Assembly: GCA_965644295.1 (NCBI GenBank)
Contig: CBFFRP010000178.1
Location: 37,218-101,217 of the forward strand
Reading direction: 5' to 3'
Origin: Paraphysomonas bandaiensis
Taxonomy: Eukaryota > Protista > Chrysophyceae
Length of the DNA stretch: 64,000 nt
Made by a program: the position numbers and the translations under genes. The notes under the pieces are model-generated. The model was not told the origin of the DNA. It did not search any database and saw nothing but the letters and a program-made list of their open reading frames with translations. The first letter of the stretch is position 1. Every line of letters begins with the position of its first letter. Positions 52,479 to 64,000 of this stretch are shown here, piece after piece.

Positions 52479-55400
52479 ATGGCACATATCCTCACCCTCC
52501 TCACCCTTCTCACCCTCCTCTCTTTCCTCCTTTCCTCCACCATCCCTGACACCGAATACACCGCTCTATTAGCTCTCTATGACTCTACTAACGGCTATTC
52601 CTGGTCATGGTCAGATCCCTCTATATATGGCCCTATATGGACCTTCACAACCCCTCCTACTAATCCATGCTTTGTCAACAACACATCCTGGCAGGGAATC
52701 ACATGTTCCCACCCCCCATCTATATGTCAACTACAGTTATGTCATATAACATCAATAGAATTACAGTCGTATAACTTAACCGGATATATAACACCATCAT
52801 TAAATCAATTAACACATATAACATCTTTAGTACTTTCACATAATTATATTAATGGGACCATTCCTTCAAGTTTAGGGACTTTAAATACAGTCCAGACATT
52901 GAAACTGAGTCATAACCTGATAACAGGAACGATTCCTACTGAATTATGTGGACTTATAAATATGGAATCTTTGAAGCTAGATGACAACTCTCTAACTGGT
53001 TATCTTCCCTCCGCTATGTCTAACCTGACCTCTTTGAGGTACCTCTTTCTTTCTCGCAACAGGTTGTCTGGTACTTTGCCGCTTGACTGGTGGATGCTTC
53101 CTCAATTAATGTACCTTCAGTTGGCTGATAACCTTTTCACTGGCTCTATACCACATGAGTACGGTCGATTACAAACATTAGTTGAAATATCATTTAGTTC
53201 GAATTACTTAACGGGATCTATTCCTTCGTCCATTGGAAATCTCACTGAGTTAGCTGGGTTGTACTTATATGTAAATCAACTTACAGGGTCAATTCCATCT
53301 GAAATTGCGCACTTGACAAAGCTGCAGCTTCTCTGGATAAATGGGAATCATATTTCTGGTACGATCCCACCGGAGCTAGGCCGTTTGAGTCGACTGAGTG
53401 AATTGTTTCCTTTCAGTAATTCTTTAACGGGGCCGATTCCATCGGAATTGTCACAATTGAGTCGCCTTCTGGAGATGCATTTGTATTCAAACGAATTAAC
53501 GGGTACTATTCCACCACAATTGTCGTCTTTAAGTAAACTCGTTTTCATGTATTTACACAACAATATGTTGACCGGGCCATTGCCTTCTGAATTTGGCACA
53601 TTTGATAAATTGAAGTTTCTACTGCTACATTCCAACAGTCTCTCTCAAACTATCCCACCATCAGTTGCGAATATCAGTAAGCTTGAGTTTTTGTATCTAC
53701 ATGAGAATTATTTTAGTGGGACTTTGCCTTCCGAACTTGGAGAAATGTCGAGACTAGTGGATTTGTACCTCAATGATAACTTGCTGAGTGGACCTATTCC
53801 TACACCACTCTGTCGACTGACTCAAATGGCAGAGCTTTATCTTGATTCTAATGCACTCACTGGTTCACTTCCAGAAAATATGACCGACATGCGAATTTTG
53901 GAGTTTTTATATTTAAATAATAACATGTTAAGTGGGTGGTTACCGGAAAAACTAGGAAATTTGCGACGGTTAAAATATTTATTTCTCCAGAATAACCGAT
54001 TTTCAGGTCGATTACCCAGCGATATTGGCCGCCTGGGTGCATTGGAGGGGCTAAAGCTATCTTATAATCAATTCACAGGAAAATTGGGTTCATATATTGG
54101 ATCTATGTCGTCCATGAGGCAGCTGTATATTCAGCACAATATGTTTACTGGTTCTCTCGACACGGTGTTCATTTATCCACTAAATATGAGTCTCGTTAAT
54201 TTGGATTTCAGTGACAATAGATTTAGTGGGGCACTTCCACCTGCAATATTTCGCTTTCCATTTCTACGCACTGTAGCCCTGACACGAAATTGTTTTTCTG
54301 GTACTTTGCCTAAAGAAATGTGTTCCGCACAAGGAGTTATAATATTTGCCATGGATGGGCTAAGTTCGGCAAAGTTTTGCTCAGTAAAGAACTTGGCCTC
54401 TTCGTTGCCTGTTGCAGGAAGTGTGTTACACGATTCCATGAGTGGAAGCATTCCGAAGTGTGTGTGGACGCTACCAAATATGAGTGTATTGCATCTCGCC
54501 GGTAATGGATTGGAGGGTACAATTGGTAGTATTCCTTCTTATTCTGCATTGATTAATCTCAGCCTCTCTCACAATCATATTAGTGGTACTGTTCCCGCTT
54601 CAGTACAAAAGAGAATATTTGTTGACATTGATCTTTCACATAACAAAATCACAGGAGAGTATAAGGATGGTGTAATTGGTTCTGATACTTCTCGAATTAC
54701 TCTTGAGGTACTGTTTATTTGTGTTATTATGAATTATATTTATATTATGTGCATGTCTATGTTGCCGAACTTAGAAATTAAGTAAGACAGAGTATTTGAC
54801 ATTTTCACAGGTCAATCGTTTATCAGGACAGCTACCACGTCGAATGTTATCTGGGAATAATCTGCATATACTTAAAGGAAACATATTCGGTTGCCAAAAT
54901 ATTCCCGAAGGAGATCGAAGCAGTGACACATATAGTTGTAGCTCTAGTGAGCTGGATAGGTTGGTTTCGTTGACAAAATAAGCACTATATGTTTTGACGC
55001 ATTATGCTACCGCCCAGAGCATTGGCTGTTGCGGCGTGTTCTGCAGGTGTTGTACTAGTACTGATCGGATTGATGTTGCTGAGTTGGTCACTTGTGAAGT
55101 ACGACTGTCGCTGGAAGACATGGTGCGGTGCGATTTACAGCACACTCCAGAGATTCAACACAAGGGTGTATGATATGTATTCCGACATGAAGTACTTTAA
55201 CTCTATGGATACCAGTAGTGTAGATATGGAAACTTATCCGCTGGTTAATGTGATGCTTTTCTGCCAACGACTACGGGCTTCTGCATTGGACTTTCTTTTT
55301 TATGGGATTCTAGGGATGCTATTGTTCACGCCCATATACGTCATGAAGATCCTTGATAACGGGTCGGCAGATGGGATGATAACGACACATTCCCATACTT

Positions 55401-56905
55401 ATAGATGGTTGATATCGGTTGCATATATCACTGGTCAATTACCAGCCGGCTTAATATTGGTCTCCTGGGTATGCTTTATTGTTGTGTATGTATATCGTGT
55501 GAAACTCCGCACATGTGACTCCAGAGCCGACTCGTTGCGCCTCAATGGTTCGACTGAAACCGGAAGTATATCTTATCGAGAGTACTTGACCATTGTCAGT
55601 ATGATGTGTGTTAACGTTGTTGTAGTGGTTCTGGTAAATGGGTTATACATATATCTAACTCTGCGCGATTTGTCTCCGAATGTCCACTTAGCTGTTCAGA
55701 TAGCATTAGCACTCTTCAAACTTGGGTACAACTTTATCTTTTTGCCGAATGTCGTCCTTTTTCCATTCAAAAAAGTGACCCATGCTGCATGGGTCAAACT
55801 TGTGGTGCTTCTTGTCAATAGCCTACTTATTCCAGGGGTGGTAACTGCTATCACAAGTCCTACATGTTACCAGGGGATATTCGTAGAATCGGATGAAATA
55901 TCGTCGATGTACTCGTACACAGAGTGCTCCCAGGTGGTTTTGGACCCGCCATATGGCTCCAAATGCATTTCGTACAGTCTTGTGTCGGAAGAAGTGTCTC
56001 TAATTCCGCCTTTTTCTTACAACTACTCTTGCACTTCCACTGTGCTAACTGCATACATCCCAGTCTATCTTATTTTGTATGCCGGACAAACCATACTACC
56101 CCTATTTATTATAATGGTGCTGAATTCTTGTAGCTTAACTCACATACCAGGCACTGTGCGACGTCATCTGCCTAGTGTCATGTTTCCGGAATTGCGACCG
56201 GTTCACTTGGATAAGTGCTCGGCTGGAGATTGGGATAAAAGCGATGTTGTTGGGAAGCACTGCGTGAAAGCACAAAACATAATTACTTCTCAAGCACATC
56301 ATACTGCTATACTGTTTTCATTTGGTTTATGTTCTCCGTTTCTAGCTCTATCTATTCTAATTGCTGTTTGTATGAACACCAGTCAATGGCGCATTTTGAT
56401 TGGTCGCTACATTTCTCGTCGTATAAAACACACGGGTTCCCATGGAAATCGTCTTCCTGAAAGTGGTGGTAGTGTACTCATTGATCCACTTGCTGTCACT
56501 CAAGACCTGTGTTTAAGTCAATTGAATTCCGAATGTATAATCAATACCACCGTTGAGGTGTTTATGTGGCCGACAGTATGGAGCTCTTGCATTTTTTTCA
56601 CTCTTCTGTGCTGGGAAGTTGCTGGGGATGCTGTTGGATGGAAGAAGTCTGTGTGGGTTCCGTGTGTCTTTCTTTCTATTCCTGTGTTTTTGTGGGTAGG
56701 AACTAAGCTCCACACTCTAAGTTTGTCAGACATTTCATCCTACAATATTCACGTGATTGGCCACCATATTGCTAATCCGTTGAATAGTGATTCAAGACTT
56801 TCTGATAGAATGTCAAGAAAAGATATGCAACTACCTGATCAAAGTGATATTGAGATATCTACCAGGCGGTCACCTATAGATAAATATAATTGTGAAACTG
56901 GCTAG
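52479..56905 (+). CDS. LRR receptor-like protein with a multi-pass transmembrane C-terminus (3 exons)
   Basis: Signal peptide; LRRNT (ALLALYDST...W...PC...WQGITC); more than 20 plant-type LxxLxLxxNxLxGxIP repeats. Introns at about 54709-54810 and 54960-55017 join the LRRs to the hydrophobic 633-aa ORF. Confidence 0.88.
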
Positions 56906-57181
56906 TACATATTTTTTTTATTTTTTTACATTTTAATCTTTTTCTAAAAATCTTTTTCTTCTATATTCTCTATAAATAAATAATGTATATACGAGAGTTG
57001 GCTTTTTGTTTCCGTAGTTTCTACGTATTAGTAGGAATGAATTTTTAGTGTACCAGAATATTATTTCAGATTGAGTCATTATCGTTTACCGGATACTTTC
57101 GTTAGTTCATTGATACTTATACGATGTTTACTATTTACGATGCAATCATATCAGAACATGGATTGATGTACATGTCTACTA

Positions 57182-57474
57182 TGTTGGGAAATGCTCATTT
57201 TACTTAGATCAAAGAGAGATTAAGTTGTTAGACTAGATAGATTTATTAATATCGTTTACACAAATTGTGTTAAACAACACAAGCTCGTTTTGTGCCATGC
57301 ATAAATCACTACTTCTGTAGACCTTTCGCTACTAAACATATCTTGAAAGAGCAAACTATTTCAGTTTTCTCAATATCATAACAGCATCTACACATCACCA
57401 TACTTCACTGTATTCTCGTACATTGTCTTCAAGTACCACATTGAATATACTAGGATACAGTCCATATTCTAATA
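57182..57474 (-). repeat. 3' LTR
   Basis: Identical to 62344-62636; preceded on the sense strand by the PPT GAGTGGGAG (57483-57475). Confidence 0.97.
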
Positions 57475-57647
57475 CTCCCACTCAATGTAGAATGCAGTGA
57501 TACGAAACAACAATGAGTACAGTGATCTTCATGCTATAAACTAGTCTCATAGGTAAAATAGATGTGAAATCTTATCAAGATACATATATAACTAGCAGTC
57601 AACTAGATATATAGTTATGTGGGATTCTCACCCACTAAAACACACCT

Positions 57648-60600
57648 TTAACCTCTTCGGGGTCGCTTCTTCTGCTGCTCCTCAACTCTGGTTGACACAC
57701 TTCTCTTAACCCCGGTAATAGTTTTCTCATGACGACTGAAAAGTTTCGTTGACAATGCCTTCGTGAAAATATCAGCCGCCATATCATCCGTCGACACATG
57801 AATCAACTTTGCCGTAGGAAATTTTCCATTTACATGCTCTCTCACCCAGTGATACTTGATGTCTATATGCTTCGACCTCTTATGATACACAGGATTCTCG
57901 GAGAGATCTTTCGCACTCTTGCTATCCATAAAGAATGGAGTCGGCTTCGCAACTAAGAGCCCGAGCTCCTTGAACACCCCCCGAAGCCACACCAGTTCTT
58001 GCATAGCCGCATACTCCGCCATATATTCAGATTCCATGCTCGAAGTTGCAACTGTGGTCTGTAGTTTAGACTGCCAGGCCAATGCGCCTGCACATAAGAA
58101 CACAATGTATCCTGTTGTCGATCGCCGAGTCAGTCTATCACCAGCCCAATCTGAATCACTGAACACATGTAAGTCGAACTCACTCCCACTGAATCTGATG
58201 CCCTCATCAATTGTTCCACGCAAATATTTCAATAAGTGAATCGCCAGTTTGCACGATGCATATGTCGGACAACTACTAAATCGAGACAATAACCCCACTG
58301 CATAAGCCAGATCAGGTCTAGTATGCATTGCTAGATACAACACTGCTCCAATAATTTGCCGATACGGAAATGAGTCAACCCACTGCTTCTGCTCCTCCGT
58401 AAGTTCACGTTCCTCTGCCAACAGATCCTGAACATTAGTAGGTAGTGGGGCCTCCTTATTCTTACTACTCTTTCCCATAACTGAGCTGAATTTCTTGATA
58501 ATATTCTTAGCATACTCAGATTGATCTAACATATACCAATTTTCTCCTCTGGTTATCCTGATGTTCAGAAATCGCTTACACACTCCCAGATCATGCATCT
58601 CGAATGTTTCACAGAACCTACGCTTTACGCTTTCCAAGTAAGTCAGATCAGCGGATGCAATTATGATATCATCAACATATATCAATAATAAATGCAGTTT
58701 TCCGTTACTCCATCGCATATACAAACACGTATCCAAAATACACGGAGTAAAATGCAATGATTTAATAAACTTGTCAATATGTTTATTCCACTGTCGCGGT
58801 GAAGATCGCAGTCCATACAATGCCTTGATTAGTTGAAAACACCATCCAGCTAGTAATTCCTCATCTGGTGGAGGTGCCATATACACGTCATCCTCCAGAT
58901 CTGCATAGCAAAATGCGGATGATACATCTAATTGATGCACATGCATCTGTAACATAAACGCAATCGCTAACACTAGTCTAATGGTTATACCCTTAACCAC
59001 TGGAGCGAAAGTGGACGGCTCCTCCTCCTTCTTCTCTTGGAGATTTCCTAATGCCACTAGCCGAGCCTTGTACTTTACTATATTCCCTAGTATGTCTCGC
59101 TTCACCGTATGCACATATTTCGCTCTAACTAATTTCACTCCGCTTGGAATTTTCACGATCTTCAAGACACGTCTTTTCAGTAATGATGTCTTCTCCACCA
59201 TTCGAGCTTTTCTCCATTGTTGATACTGTGGAGATCTCTCTGCCTCGGCATATGAATTTGGTATCTTGATATCTTCTGTCTCTGCATGGTTAAGATCAAT
59301 ATTATGCGCATCCGGTACTTCAACCATATTAATCTCTCCTAAAACTGACGCGTTTGCCAGTCTCCGCTGCAGCCGTTTGCGTCGGACCCGACCATCACCA
59401 TCTAGTTCAATCGGTCGACGAGGTATATAAGAACCCGTACCTTGCTCATCCTGAGCACGCACATCGTGCGTTGTGGGAGGAGCCCCGCTCACAACCCCAG
59501 ACTCATAGTCTTCAGAGGTCTGCAACCTCACAGCTGTCTCCTGACAGGTTGGGTCAGGACTCTCCTGTAACCCTCCAGGTCTTCCCTGGTCCAGCACCCT
59601 GGCTGGCATAGTACTCAGGGCGTCCCCCTTTCCTATATATCCGGTATTCCCGGGAGTTTCTGCAGTCATTCGCACTACGTCCTCGACGTGAATCGGCACC
59701 CGGTGCTCGATATGCTTCCGACCTGCAGTTACCAGAGATCGATAGGCTACTATTACCCCCTTTCGTTCTACTACTCTCGTGGTCTTGTAGAGAAGACCAT
59801 CCTCATCATCAATATGATATGTACCTTCTAAGCCCGCATAGTCAGACACAATTTTCGGTCTCTCGGCCTCCTTCACTCGAAGAGCATCTATCTCAGCGAA
59901 ATAGCTCTCCGAGCGTGACGGTATGGACTCATCAGTTAATACATGTACCGACGTGACGACCCTATCAGTCGCAGGTAGATATACATCATATCCTACCTTT
60001 TCATCTGAATATCCTATCAGATATCCGATAAGGGCCTTGTCGTCCCAGTCTTTCCGTCGATCCGCCTTTGTAGTGAGGACATACGCACGACACCCCCATA
60101 CTCTGAGATATTTCAGGTTGGGAGCCTCACCAGTCAAAAATTCAAGAGGGGACATATACCCCTTCGCTGTCTTTGTAGGCAATCGAATTAATATGTACCT
60201 GGCTGCCATGTAGGCATCTAGCCAAAACTGTGAAGGCAATCCTGACTGAATCAGCATCGCTAATGTCATCTCACCACAGGTCCTGAATTTCCGCTCCTCA
60301 ATCGCGTTCATCTCAGGAGAGTCCGTAGAGCTCCACGTATGTTGATAGCAACCCTGTGACCTAAGATATTGTCGCAGCTCATCACATATTAGCTCCCCTG
60401 CTCCATCTGCATGGTAATGATGCATTTCTAATTTGTACCTTTTCACATCTCCTTCAAAAATCTTCTTGAAAACCTGCAGTACCGATGACCCAGTCCTATG
60501 AACAAGCCCTTCCGACCAGAACATCCGACTGGCATGGTGTGTTAGTTTGAGCACATATATTTCCCCTCCTCGAGCTGGACAATTTAAGTATACTGCTATA

Positions 60601-62360
60601 TCGGCCGAGAAATTTGGACGAACGGAGTCCTCATCCTTTGTCCGAAAACTTACTCTGGTGATCTTCGCCCTGGCGCATACATCACATAGACACTGTTCTT
60701 TGGAAACACGTTTCGAGAGATGTTTTCGTTTCAGTCCAGTCCCAATAATTAGCATTCTTTTGTGGGCTTCTACCAACGCATGCTTGTTAAAATGACCCGC
60801 TCTCCTATGTAACAGCTCCAGTTCATCCTCACCCGTACGGTCACTGAGATTTACTTCTGAATCACTGGATGTCGATACGTCTGGAAGCTCCAATAACTGC
60901 TGTGTTGGCACAGCAGTCATTCCATTCTTCATAGGTCCCTCCAACACCAGCTCATCCGTATTTCTGTCATATATCTGTATACCATACCATACAGTAAATC
61001 GATATCCCATATCGTTCAACTTCCGTCCAGAACAAAGACACCGATTTATCTGACTTGATACCTCAATGTTCTTCCATGCTCCACGGGAACCTACACTCGT
61101 GACGCATATCTCTGACCCTTTTTTCGAACCATTAATAACCTTTGATGTGTGCATATGACTATCAAGTATATTCACATCATTTATCAAAAACATTGATGAC
61201 GAACAACAGGTATCAATGTATGTATAGTGAATATCCTCATGCACACTACTGCATATATTCGTCTCATACACATTACATGACAAGTGATACTCTTCCTGTT
61301 GCTCGATCATATTTGCTTCGTCTTCGTCAGACAAATCCGCTGGCTCTCCACGCCTGATGTTTTCAACTGTAAGTAGTCTTTTGTCTGGTTTCCTTCCATC
61401 TTGAAACCTCACAGCCTTGCTCTTGCTTTGCGAGTACTTCTTTTTCGATGCTGGACAATCGATGGCAAGATGTTCCTTTGACTTACAATTTCTGCACCCA
61501 GTATATTCGGCACTTCCAGGTCGCTGCCCTGTAATCTCTGTATCCTTCTTCATCGGCTTCTTCTTACCGTTGTTCTTCTTACGATGATCCCTCTCTCTGC
61601 GATATCGTTTCTTACTGTCTATCAGGTTCAGCTCCTCCACTCTTTTACGCTTCTTCTCCAACGCTTCCTTCCCAGCCATAGTATCATCATAGCCTTCTAT
61701 CTTACGTGATACAGTTACATAATTAACATCATCATCCATCAAGTATAATCCAACTCTCAGTTGAGCATACTCTTCATTGAGCAAGCCTTCTCGTAGTCGA
61801 CTTGTTTTTGATACCTCCGAGATATCCTGCTGCTGCTCCTGTAGTTCCTTCAGCAGTAGTTCGAACCGTAGTACGTAGTCCTTCGCCGTCTCCTCCGGAC
61901 GCATACGGAAAGAACCATATTGAGTTAAGAGGTCACTGATCCTATTTTGCTTCCCTCCAGCAAAACACTTCTTCAACTCATCAATCATTACATGTGTTTT
62001 GAACCTGTTTACACCACTCCCTTCTGCCTTGAACGCTTTGTGGGTAAGATGGAATTTACGCAGCGCTTTCGGGGAATGCTGCACCGCATCCCTGCAGTAA
62101 GAATAAGCTATGGCGTTCGCCTTCCAATACCTCTTCACAGCCTGTCTGTACGCCTTCTCCTCCATCAACGTAAGTGGCTGCTCCCCGAAGTCGCTCTCCT
62201 TAGGTGGCAGTTCCACCGCTACCTCGCTTTGTTCCTTCCTCATAAGGAATGTCTCGAAGTCCTCAATCCATTGTTCAACGTTAGTCTCGTTGAACTGAGG
62301 AACTACTCCTCTATCCTCCTTCTCTCCTCCTCGCTCGCTACCATGTTGGGAAATGCTCAT
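57648..62360 (-). CDS. Copia Gag-Pol polyprotein (Gag, CCHC knuckle, PR, IN, RT, RNase H)
   Basis: CRNCKSKEHLAIDC; HRRAGH...CDVC; ADGAGE; YKARLVA; YVDDI; SDSDWAGD; ADIFTK. Integrase precedes RT. Confidence 0.97.
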   Translation of the reverse strand: MSISQHGSERGGEKEDRGVVPQFNETNVEQWIEDFETFLMRKEQSEVAVELPPKESDFGEQPLTLMEEKAYRQAVKRYWKANAIAYSYCRDAVQHSPKALRKFHLTHKAFKAEGSGVNRFKTHVMIDELKKCFAGGKQNRISDLLTQYGSFRMRPEETAKDYVLRFELLLKELQEQQQDISEVSKTSRLREGLLNEEYAQLRVGLYLMDDDVNYVTVSRKIEGYDDTMAGKEALEKKRKRVEELNLIDSKKRYRRERDHRKKNNGKKKPMKKDTEITGQRPGSAEYTGCRNCKSKEHLAIDCPASKKKYSQSKSKAVRFQDGRKPDKRLLTVENIRRGEPADLSDEDEANMIEQQEEYHLSCNVYETNICSSVHEDIHYTYIDTCCSSSMFLINDVNILDSHMHTSKVINGSKKGSEICVTSVGSRGAWKNIEVSSQINRCLCSGRKLNDMGYRFTVWYGIQIYDRNTDELVLEGPMKNGMTAVPTQQLLELPDVSTSSDSEVNLSDRTGEDELELLHRRAGHFNKHALVEAHKRMLIIGTGLKRKHLSKRVSKEQCLCDVCARAKITRVSFRTKDEDSVRPNFSADIAVYLNCPARGGEIYVLKLTHHASRMFWSEGLVHRTGSSVLQVFKKIFEGDVKRYKLEMHHYHADGAGELICDELRQYLRSQGCYQHTWSSTDSPEMNAIEERKFRTCGEMTLAMLIQSGLPSQFWLDAYMAARYILIRLPTKTAKGYMSPLEFLTGEAPNLKYLRVWGCRAYVLTTKADRRKDWDDKALIGYLIGYSDEKVGYDVYLPATDRVVTSVHVLTDESIPSRSESYFAEIDALRVKEAERPKIVSDYAGLEGTYHIDDEDGLLYKTTRVVERKGVIVAYRSLVTAGRKHIEHRVPIHVEDVVRMTAETPGNTGYIGKGDALSTMPARVLDQGRPGGLQESPDPTCQETAVRLQTSEDYESGVVSGAPPTTHDVRAQDEQGTGSYIPRRPIELDGDGRVRRKRLQRRLANASVLGEINMVEVPDAHNIDLNHAETEDIKIPNSYAEAERSPQYQQWRKARMVEKTSLLKRRVLKIVKIPSGVKLVRAKYVHTVKRDILGNIVKYKARLVALGNLQEKKEEEPSTFAPVVKGITIRLVLAIAFMLQMHVHQLDVSSAFCYADLEDDVYMAPPPDEELLAGWCFQLIKALYGLRSSPRQWNKHIDKFIKSLHFTPCILDTCLYMRWSNGKLHLLLIYVDDIIIASADLTYLESVKRRFCETFEMHDLGVCKRFLNIRITRGENWYMLDQSEYAKNIIKKFSSVMGKSSKNKEAPLPTNVQDLLAEERELTEEQKQWVDSFPYRQIIGAVLYLAMHTRPDLAYAVGLLSRFSSCPTYASCKLAIHLLKYLRGTIDEGIRFSGSEFDLHVFSDSDWAGDRLTRRSTTGYIVFLCAGALAWQSKLQTTVATSSMESEYMAEYAAMQELVWLRGVFKELGLLVAKPTPFFMDSKSAKDLSENPVYHKRSKHIDIKYHWVREHVNGKFPTAKLIHVSTDDMAADIFTKALSTKLFSRHEKTITGVKRSVSTRVEEQQKKRPRRG
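62333..62343 (-). promoter_or_regulatory. Primer-binding site, probably tRNA-iMet
   Basis: TGGTAGCGAGC lies immediately after the 5' LTR; it is complementary to a ...GCUACCA end, as in the Ty1 iMet PBS. Confidence 0.75.
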
Positions 62361-62636
62361 TTTACTTAGATCAAAGAGAGATTAAGTTGTTAGACTAGAT
62401 AGATTTATTAATATCGTTTACACAAATTGTGTTAAACAACACAAGCTCGTTTTGTGCCATGCATAAATCACTACTTCTGTAGACCTTTCGCTACTAAACA
62501 TATCTTGAAAGAGCAAACTATTTCAGTTTTCTCAATATCATAACAGCATCTACACATCACCATACTTCACTGTATTCTCGTACATTGTCTTCAAGTACCA
62601 CATTGAATATACTAGGATACAGTCCATATTCTAATA
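62344..62636 (-). repeat. 5' LTR
   Basis: Identical to 57182-57474; sense-strand ends are TATTAG...CCAACA. Confidence 0.97.
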
Positions 62637-62948
62637 TACTAAAGATATGTGTCTATCCAAGTTAAAATTTATTAGTTAAAGTGTTACACAACAGCCTCTT
62701 TTTCAGCAACCTTAAAACTAAGCTTGAATCTTGATTGGAAAGAGAACAGCAAGCGCTACCAAAGGAGTATCTACAAGGCACAGAGGGGTCGGGAAAGCGC
62801 GTGATTGCACAGAATTGGCGAAAGATCCTATATGATATATGCTACCTGGAAAATGTACCAGCGGGCCTACACTACGTCTACGTTCTCGGAATGAGGACAT
62901 ACTCTTGATGTATTTGCTTTCGATATATAACGAAGCCACTCGCATCGA

Positions 62949-64000
62949 TCACAAATTCTTTTTAAATTGAGAAAACGAATTGCGGACTGCAGTGACAACT
63001 GGAAACCCAATGTACCCTGCAGATGCGAGACATATTGCAAGCAGCACGCCACGCACCCAGTCTTCGGATTTTTCTTTGCCTTGGATAGCATACCAATCTT
63101 GTCCATCGTCCAGTATACCAAGAATATAAAAATAATCCTTGTGTATCATGTTTTCGCGAGAAATATAAACATTCCGACTCAGTCCGCTCCAGTCAGTTGC
63201 AACTACGTCCGACGGCCCGTATGCCTGATGTACTCCAATAGAGAGATGCTGAGTAGGCTCGCCAAATATAGCCATGGCAGTAAGGAATGAAAAGTGAGCA
63301 AGCACTAATACCGTCAGTACACGACTGCATCGAATAGAAAATCGCTGGGCACCGCCAACGCACAGTGTGTTGGTCGCGGCAGCATATATACAAACAGCTA
63401 CATACGCCAATAAGGTGCAGCAGAGCATGGTCGTATTAGGTGGGTGTAACAACGGCGGTAAAGTTTGAGACACCATTATTTGTATAGTCATCATATGCAG
63501 CATCATCATTGGCACAGATAATATACACACAGTTAGAAACATACGAAATAACTGTCCCGTAGTAAAACCTCTTTGCTGGAAACGCGTAGATCCACTGGAT
63601 TGAAAGTGTGTGGAAGTATTCAAACAGTAATTAAGTAAAAAAGAAAAGCAACACTGAAAAGTAAGCATCCACATTGTGCTTGCCACTGGTACACCAAGAA
63701 TTCGAGGAATAGTGTTGTTGTCTGAGTCGTGCCATCTGCATATAACACGGCATCAGTAGCGATACGCAGAACATGTGGACATGGCACATGTCACACAGGC
63801 ATTATAACCCCATGTGACTAATTTAATGCAATAAACTTACGTCCACCAAATAAACTTTGCTCCTATAATATCAAAAGGCCAATAGAAGAGACAACCAAGC
63901 AATGCTGTGGTAATTGGAATGACCCAATGTGATAATCGTAACTGCCATATATATGCAGATGGGACATAGAGGACTACAATGTATACGAACCCAATATACA
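62949..64000 (-). CDS. Conserved multi-pass membrane protein of unknown function, 5' end outside the window
   Basis: An intron at 63840-63736 joins FYWPFDIIGAKFIWWT to WHDSD...RILGVPVASTMW; later FGEPTQHLSIGVHQAYGP; several hydrophobic segments. Confidence 0.7.

Larger units (their letters stand above)
57182..62636 (-). mobile_element. Full-length Ty1/copia LTR retrotransposon
   Basis: Two identical 293-bp LTRs; 5-bp TSD TACTA (57177-57181 and 62637-62641); PBS, PPT and an intact gag-pol ORF. Confidence 0.98.

Noticed and set aside
57919-62369. + strand ORFs within the copia element
   Set aside because: Antisense to gag-pol with no recognisable domains.

Overview
Eukaryotic nuclear DNA: AT-rich, gene-dense, with many short GT-AG introns. 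Gene content suggests a stramenopile, possibly a chrysophyte (inference). Housekeeping genes reconstructed across introns: POLD2, intronless ClpB/Hsp101 with an upstream heat-shock element, Sec8/EXOC4, a TKL kinase, a TruA/Pus1 pseudouridine synthase, Nup62/Nsp1, an RsmE-like methyltransferase and U1-70K. Also present are a secreted SGNH-like protein, a PLAT protein and an LRR multi-pass membrane receptor. Mobile and repeat content: an intact, very young Ty1/copia element (identical 293-bp LTRs, TACTA target-site duplication), hAT and Sola-like transposase relics, two foldback/MITE-like elements, long (TATG)n tracts and an apparently identical 2273-bp tandem duplication. The most unusual observations are: (1) Nup62, whose FG domain is built from 17 tandem 63-bp phase-1/phase-1 exons, each encoding one FG repeat, in a higher-order exon+intron array; (2) a LAP1/LULL1-like torsin-activator domain in a protein with inverted (type I) topology and an NLS-like tail; (3) two divergent, intronless, myristoylation-motif kinases sharing an unnamed Trp/Tyr-rich N-terminal domain inside a 7.5-kb TE-relic island bracketed by a duplicated SGNH gene; (4) non-canonical features of the copia element (TA...CA LTRs, DTC protease motif, an extra domain after the integrase). 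Gene models and family calls were made by eye without database searches.
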